A stretch of 39,584 nt of DNA. Source: Pseudomonadota bacterium. Lineage in GTDB: Bacteria; Bdellovibrionota_F; JAHFAK01; JBDREC01. Location: positions 1 to 39,584 of the forward strand of contig JBDREC010000096.1 in assembly GCA_043820105.1 (NCBI GenBank). The letters run 5' to 3'. The notes beneath the pieces were generated by a model. The model saw only the letters and a program-made list of their open reading frames with translations, had not been told where the DNA came from and searched no databases. The position numbers and the translations under genes were made by a program. Each line of letters opens with the position of its first letter. Position 1 is the stretch's first letter. Shown here piece after piece: positions 34,292-39,584 of this stretch.

Positions 34292-35663
34292 TTAAATTAT
34301 ATTTTTTCAAAAGTCTCTGAATTGATTTTCTATCTATATGAGCTTCTTTTGCAGCTTTGGAAATATTTAGATTATTTCGTTTCAATAAATTCACTAAATA
34401 TTCCTTTTCAAAGGATTCAACCCATTTATCTTTTGCTTCTTTAAATGGTAAAGATTCATCAATTTGAACATGAGGACCTTCAACAGAAACCTTGAATCTG
34501 ATGTTATCAGGTAAATCAGTAACAGATATTCTATCACTAGAACAAAAAGTAATAGCTCTTTCAATTGCGTTTTTTAATTCTCTAACATTACCTGGCCAGT
34601 TATAATTCATTAATATTGATAGGGCATCTGGCTCAATACCTGCAATTTTTGGCTGGTCTTCATCAAGTTTAGCGTTATGTCTACTAACAAAATGCTCGGC
34701 TAGCAGAGCTATATCTTCTCTTCTTTCTTTTAGTTGCGGAATTCTAATAGAAACAACGGAAAGTCTAAAATATAAATCTTCTCTAAAACGATTTTCTTTA
34801 ACTTCTGTTTCAAGGTTTCTATTTGTTGCACAAATAACCCTAACATCAACTTTGGTATGTCTATCACCACCAACACGTTTTACAGTTCTTTGTTCCAAAG
34901 CCCTAAGTAATTTAGGTTGAAGATCAAGATTAAGCTCTCCAATTTCATCAAGGAAAATGGTTCCCCCATTTGCAAGTTCAAAGGCTCCTTGCCTTGAACT
35001 AACTGCTCCTGTAAAAGCACCTTTTTCATGGCCAAAAAGTTCTGATTCAATTAAATTATCAGCAACAGCAGAACAATCAAAAACAATAAATGGTTTTTTA
35101 ATTCTTCTTGAATTCTTGTGAATCGCTTCAGCTACCATTTCCTTACCGGAACCAGTTTCACCTTCAATAATTACAGTCACATCTGTAGGTGAAATCTTTT
35201 CTAAAATTCCGTAAATTCTTCTCATTGAAAGATGTTGACCAATAATATCCCCAAATTTTTTCTTTTTTGATGGAAAAATTTCTATTTTCTCATCAATTGG
35301 TAAAAATTTTATTTCAGTTTTACCCAGTTTTATGACAGCTCCAGGATGTAAAAAAGCCTCCATTACCCTGATATCATTTAGAAATGTACCATTAGTGCTT
35401 TCATGGTCTCTTAAAATATAAGTCCTTTGATCTTGGTAAACTTTATGTATTATTTCACAATGAACCCTGGAAATAGTTTCATCTTCTAAAACCAGATCAC
35501 AATCTTTTTTTGATCCAATCTTAATATTCGCTTTATCTAGAATAAATGATTTACCCTTACTTATACCTTCAACAACAACAAGTCTACATTTATGCAGAGT
35601 TAAGGTTGTTGGCATTTCGTCAAATTTAACTACTTTGGTCCCAGCTGGTTCTGTTTTGCTCAT
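34275..35663 (-). CDS. FHA-domain sigma54-dependent enhancer-binding protein (FHA-AAA+-Fis HTH)
   Basis: FHA motifs IGS..CDL..D..ISRVH and [35 protein letters not shown] and WPGNVREL; C-terminal [18 protein letters not shown]. Confidence 0.95.
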   Translation of the reverse strand: MSKTEPAGTKVVKFDEMPTTLTLHKCRLVVVEGISKGKSFILDKANIKIGSKKDCDLVLEDETISRVHCEIIHKVYQDQRTYILRDHESTNGTFLNDIRVMEAFLHPGAVIKLGKTEIKFLPIDEKIEIFPSKKKKFGDIIGQHLSMRRIYGILEKISPTDVTVIIEGETGSGKEMVAEAIHKNSRRIKKPFIVFDCSAVADNLIESELFGHEKGAFTGAVSSRQGAFELANGGTIFLDEIGELNLDLQPKLLRALEQRTVKRVGGDRHTKVDVRVICATNRNLETEVKENRFREDLYFRLSVVSIRIPQLKERREDIALLAEHFVSRHNAKLDEDQPKIAGIEPDALSILMNYNWPGNVRELKNAIERAITFCSSDRISVTDLPDNIRFKVSVEGPHVQIDESLPFKEAKDKWVESFEKEYLVNLLKRNNLNISKAAKEAHIDRKSIQRLLKKYNLNAKDL

Positions 35664-35780
35664 AGCAATTCACCTTTTTTATTTCATTTTTTTATGTTTA
35701 ATATTATTTATATTTAGCCACTTAAGTCAAGAGAGTATTTTTATAAAGGAGCATATAGCAAGAGTTTGAGTAGTGTTTTT

Positions 35781-37238
35781 TTATTCGGATATAAAAGTGC
35801 CAAAATCAGAAACAGCTTCCGCATTAACAGTTTGAATTCTTCCAAGCACTTGATAGGCTCTAGCAGTAATAGCTGAATCTGAGGAAGGAGCGAAAAAATG
35901 AAGCTTAGCGAGGCCATGGCCATTGGCATCTATTGGGCTAGCCAGATCTGCTTCATAATCATCTTCATACAATATATTCGAATAAACTGTAATTGAAGCT
36001 GATTCTTCACTTACATCAGCATCATCAATAACATCGAGTAATCCTGAATAAACATCATAAGCAGCTTCTGCTGGCTTAGCAGTTCTTATCGCAGCAATAA
36101 CGGAGCCATCTAAATCAATCATATATCCTGCTGCAAATGGTGTTAGCTCGTCTCTATTAATTCCCAAGAACAATTTGAAATATCCAGCCAATTGTGCGTT
36201 TTGAACTAATTTTCCCAGGCAGGCAACTTTAGGCTTTCCTTGTGATATACCACCAAGCTTAGCTGGTCTCCTAAAGCACCTTCCATGAAGGTGATAATCA
36301 TTATCTGAATATGGAGTTGATATTAAAGAAAAATTATTTCCATATTCATCAGCAGCTGATTTAATGATACCGCCATCTTCAAGATTTAGTTCACCAGTAT
36401 CTGGATTAAATAAATAAGCGTCTAAAATTGATTGGACGTATTCTAAAGATTCAGATGCTGCTTCTGTTTCTTCTTCACTTTCTTCTGCTGCTTCTGCGGG
36501 GTCTATGCTTTCTTCTTCAGTTGTTTCGTCTGCTTCTTCTGAAGCTTTAAAAGCAGAATTGTCAATTGTTACAGTATCATAATCTTTAACTACTTCTAAA
36601 GAAATCAATGAATCTGAGTATTCATATTCAGCTTTTACTGCTAAATCAATTACTGCAACATCATTAGCTGGAACTGTCTTATAAGTGGCTGTAACAGACC
36701 CATCTGCAGCGATTTCTAAAGCAGTATCATGTTTTTCAACAATTGCTTCCCATGTTTCAAAAACTTCAACATTTTCTGCTGGAGTATAAGTCTGATCCCA
36801 AGTGGTTTCATAAAATGTAGCACTTGCTGTTAAGGCAGAACCCAATATGTCTTTAAATCTAAGCGGTGGCAATTGACCCATACAAGCTACAAGCTCAATA
36901 TTTAATAAAGAATCTTCAGGCACCTCACTTGAGTGCTCGCTAGCTCTTGCTTTTCGACCTCTATGCTCATCAAGTTCAAAGGCTTGCATAAAGGCTGCAG
37001 CGTCATCACCAAACATGTCTTCTTGATCTTCAAAGTCTACAAATTCACTGTCAGCATCATCTTCAAATAACTTAGTATAAAGTTCTTCTGTATCAATATC
37101 AGCGATATCAACAGCATCGTTATTATAGGCATCAGCTGTTATCCCTGTTGTGTTATCAATCGAAGCTTCTTCTGGGTTTAATAGACATCCAAATAGGAAA
37201 AGAATTGAAAAAAGTGATAATGTGATCCGTATATTCAT
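35781..37238 (-). CDS. Acidic lipoprotein of unknown function
   Basis: AGGAGG RBS, lipobox LFGC, Asp/Glu-rich with an internal acidic linker. Confidence 0.75.
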   Translation of the reverse strand: MNIRITLSLFSILFLFGCLLNPEEASIDNTTGITADAYNNDAVDIADIDTEELYTKLFEDDADSEFVDFEDQEDMFGDDAAAFMQAFELDEHRGRKARASEHSSEVPEDSLLNIELVACMGQLPPLRFKDILGSALTASATFYETTWDQTYTPAENVEVFETWEAIVEKHDTALEIAADGSVTATYKTVPANDVAVIDLAVKAEYEYSDSLISLEVVKDYDTVTIDNSAFKASEEADETTEEESIDPAEAAEESEEETEAASESLEYVQSILDAYLFNPDTGELNLEDGGIIKSAADEYGNNFSLISTPYSDNDYHLHGRCFRRPAKLGGISQGKPKVACLGKLVQNAQLAGYFKLFLGINRDELTPFAAGYMIDLDGSVIAAIRTAKPAEAAYDVYSGLLDVIDDADVSEESASITVYSNILYEDDYEADLASPIDANGHGLAKLHFFAPSSDSAITARAYQVLGRIQTVNAEAVSDFGTFISE

Positions 37239-37394
37239 AGGTCCCTCCTTAACACAGCGTTTTTAGCTCTAAAAAATATACAATAAGTAAAAACATCATC
37301 AAAAGCTAAAATGCCAAATTCACATATATTATTTCATTATAGTATATTTAACACTAAAGTTCAAGAAAGGTTTCGATTATTAAAAATAATTTTT

Positions 37395-39452
37395 CTAATA
37401 ATCAATTTTAGCATATTTTAAGGTCTGATTATCAGCATCATGATAGGAAATATGAATATCATTGTTTATATCAGCAGCAATTTTAGGACCAAGTCCTACA
37501 TTACCTGCCTCATCCAACACATATTCTTCCCATGAATTGTCAAGATTTGTAATATAATTTAAATCCCCATTGCCCGCATTATAATAAACAACATGTGCTT
37601 TATCATTGCTATCAAGCACAAGATCAGGCCTAGAATCTCCTGTATCAACATTCATGGCAATATTATCAATTAACCAGACACCTAACTGATCTTTATGAGC
37701 ATATTTCAAGGTTCCAGTATTATTATCAATATAGACAATATGAGGCAATTTCAAGGAATCAGTATAAATTGCTGTATATAAAACATCAACACTGTCAACA
37801 GTTTCCATATCATTAAGATCTAGATCAACATGCCCTATCTCGCCTGTGATATATCTTAATTCGCCGTCATAAGAAAAACTAATATGAGGATGACTATCAG
37901 CGTCTACGTCAACTGATGGCCACAATCCATCATCAAAAACATCATCTGTGTGATGACCTCCTTCATCAGAAACTACAGTATGATAAAGATTACCTCTCCA
38001 ATAATAAGTATAGTGAATATCATTAGCGCCATCAATATCAATATCAATATTATTTGATTCTATAGCCTCACTACTTCCAAGTGATGAAACATCATAAGTT
38101 CCATCAGGGTTTAAAATCGTATGCCCCCACCTAGTGTTATTTGTATAAAAAGATGTTTTAACTTTATTATCAGAACCTATTGCAATTACCGCATGATCTC
38201 CACCATTTGAATTATAATCATAATAAAGTTCTTGCTGGATTTTCCTTATTCTTAAAACACCTGAACCTGTGTCATATCTAACTACGGGTTCGTTATTTTG
38301 TGGATCAATTGCTATAGCACTAAATTCACCTCCAGCATCAAGAGTTTCTATTGTTAATGGCAATGGTTCTGGTTCTGGATCTGGATCACCATCTCCATCA
38401 CCTTCTGGTGGATTTTCAATCTCTACGCTCATATAGTAAATTGTATCATCTCCTGGAATGGGGAAAATATTTTGTTCATGAAAAGCAATATGAGCTAAAG
38501 CAGTTTTTTGATTTACTACCATATCAAATGAACTTGTATTAAAAACACTTACTAATGGAGTAAAAGACCAACCCAAATTGTTATTAACGAATAATGAGAT
38601 ATTATCCAAAAAGGCTGGGTGCCTAACAAGAAATAAAGGATTGTCATTGTTTAAGGACATTGCGATCTGAGAAATTCCACCAATAGTCGTAATAATCAGG
38701 CTGTCATTAAAACTTCCAGGTTGGCCAACAGCATATCTTAAGTCATCCCCTGCCAAGCTATCAGCTGAATACAATATTTGCAAATTATCTTGTGAATCTA
38801 CCATTACATCAAAGCCATTTGCATAACCACCTTCTGGTGTATCAACTGTATTTATTACAGTTTCTGTAAAAGTAAGACTTTGAAAATCTCCCTGAGCAAC
38901 TGTTAGCTTATGTGTAAGGTCGTTAATATAAGCAAGAAATATTTCCCCTGCAATATCAAAAGCTTTTAGTTTATCGGTAATTAATACATCATTTAATGCT
39001 TCACGGAAACGCCAATTCCCTCCATTTATCCTTCTTGACCCATGCTTTACAATATTTGAATCATGTTCACAAAAAAAGATATGCATTCTAGCTTCTTGAA
39101 AGAAAATTGCTGAAACTACTGTTACTTCACTTGGTCTTATCATTTCAACTTCTTGATTAACAGCTTCTTCAGGATTTAGAGTTGGGTCTATAATTTTTAT
39201 ATAATATAAATCACCCTTTGACACTTGTGCTTCATCCTCATTTACCATAGGATTTTGAATATCAATAGCAGTAATATGAAGAGATCCCCTTCTGTCTATA
39301 TACATTTGAGTACTATCTAATACATTAATATTTGCATATAGCGTAAAAATTTCCCAACTTGAACCAATAAGTTTTCGAGCTAACATTAAATTATTATTAA
39401 CAATATCTTGATAAGCAATAAAGATATTTCCCCTATATTCTTTAATTGAACT
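37395..39452 (-). CDS. Beta-propeller repeat surface protein, 5'-truncated (possible pseudogene)
   Basis: Repeated blades 'S(I/L)x(I/V)DxxxxxHIxYxDxxxxxLxY' and a PPEGDGDGDPDPEPEP linker. The frame continues upstream of ATG 39386 as another blade (SSIKEYRGNIFIAYQD) to about 39452, with no signal peptide or RBS. Confidence 0.7.
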   Translation of the reverse strand, partial: SSIKEYRGNIFIAYQDIVNNNLMLARKLIGSSWEIFTLYANINVLDSTQMYIDRRGSLHITAIDIQNPMVNEDEAQVSKGDLYYIKIIDPTLNPEEAVNQEVEMIRPSEVTVVSAIFFQEARMHIFFCEHDSNIVKHGSRRINGGNWRFREALNDVLITDKLKAFDIAGEIFLAYINDLTHKLTVAQGDFQSLTFTETVINTVDTPEGGYANGFDVMVDSQDNLQILYSADSLAGDDLRYAVGQPGSFNDSLIITTIGGISQIAMSLNNDNPLFLVRHPAFLDNISLFVNNNLGWSFTPLVSVFNTSSFDMVVNQKTALAHIAFHEQNIFPIPGDDTIYYMSVEIENPPEGDGDGDPDPEPEPLPLTIETLDAGGEFSAIAIDPQNNEPVVRYDTGSGVLRIRKIQQELYYDYNSNGGDHAVIAIGSDNKVKTSFYTNNTRWGHTILNPDGTYDVSSLGSSEAIESNNIDIDIDGANDIHYTYYWRGNLYHTVVSDEGGHHTDDVFDDGLWPSVDVDADSHPHISFSYDGELRYITGEIGHVDLDLNDMETVDSVDVLYTAIYTDSLKLPHIVYIDNNTGTLKYAHKDQLGVWLIDNIAMNVDTGDSRPDLVLDSNDKAHVVYYNAGNGDLNYITNLDNSWEEYVLDEAGNVGLGPKIAADINNDIHISYHDADNQTLKYAKIDY

Positions 39453-39584
39453 AACCCGCTTCGCGGGAGTTTTCAGTTAGATCGAAGAAGCGAAAAACCA
39501 CCAATCAAAAACACACATCAAAAAAAACAAAAAGAAGATTCTAAAAATAGTGAAAAAGTAGGATACCTCCGTAGTCTACTAACT
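39453..39584. mobile_element. Probable end of an inserted element interrupting the propeller gene (family not identified)
   Basis: Abrupt loss of coding pattern, CCCGC-TTC-GCGGG hairpin at 39455-39467, non-coding A-rich tract, window edge. Confidence 0.4.

Noticed and set aside
37304-37316. TGGCA on the minus strand upstream of the 37238 lipoprotein as a sigma54 site
   Set aside because: No GC at the obligatory 10-nt spacing from GG.
39447-39482. attC-like ends (minus strand ATCTAAC ... GTTAGTT)
   Set aside because: Only about 35 nt, too short for an attC site, with no L boxes, cassette array or integrase in view.
1-39584. tRNA, rRNA, prophage or known anti-phage defence genes
   Set aside because: No cloverleaf or rRNA-like segments and no recognisable phage or defence motifs by eye; a tRNAscan/Rfam/DefenseFinder run would be decisive.

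Overview
AT-rich (about 30% GC by eye) bacterial chromosomal window. Its gene content (FHA-sigma54 activator, PilT, PilZ fusions, fused FtcD, many secreted orphans) suggests a deltaproteobacterial-type lineage such as Bdellovibrionota or Myxococcota relatives; this is inference only. Both ends abut probable mobile DNA: the 5' end of an IS110-family recombinase beside an ISL3 remnant on the left, and a hairpin-ended element truncating a beta-propeller gene on the right. The main candidate system is a four-gene operon at 6028-13870: a PilZ-fused serine-palmitoyltransferase-like enzyme, a PilZ-fused bacterial ceramide-synthase-like GNAT, a 7TM-GAF twin hybrid histidine kinase with an Arg-rich DRR-repeat linker, and a receiver fused to a degenerate methyltransferase fold. 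It may be a c-di-GMP-gated sphingolipid/aminolipid synthesis-and-sensing module. Also present: four sigma54 (-24/-12) promoters, each in front of an exported orphan gene (one is a HopBF1-like kinase/pseudokinase); pilT; an outer-membrane protein plus a frameshifted partial paralog; a carotenoid-desaturase-like flavoprotein with an inserted double zinc ribbon; hutI-nif3-ftcD; an M1-peptidase-like/Omp85 fusion; and short heptamer tandem arrays at the minus-strand gene junctions between 25.1 and 34.3 kb. All family calls come from motif recognition by eye; no database search was run.
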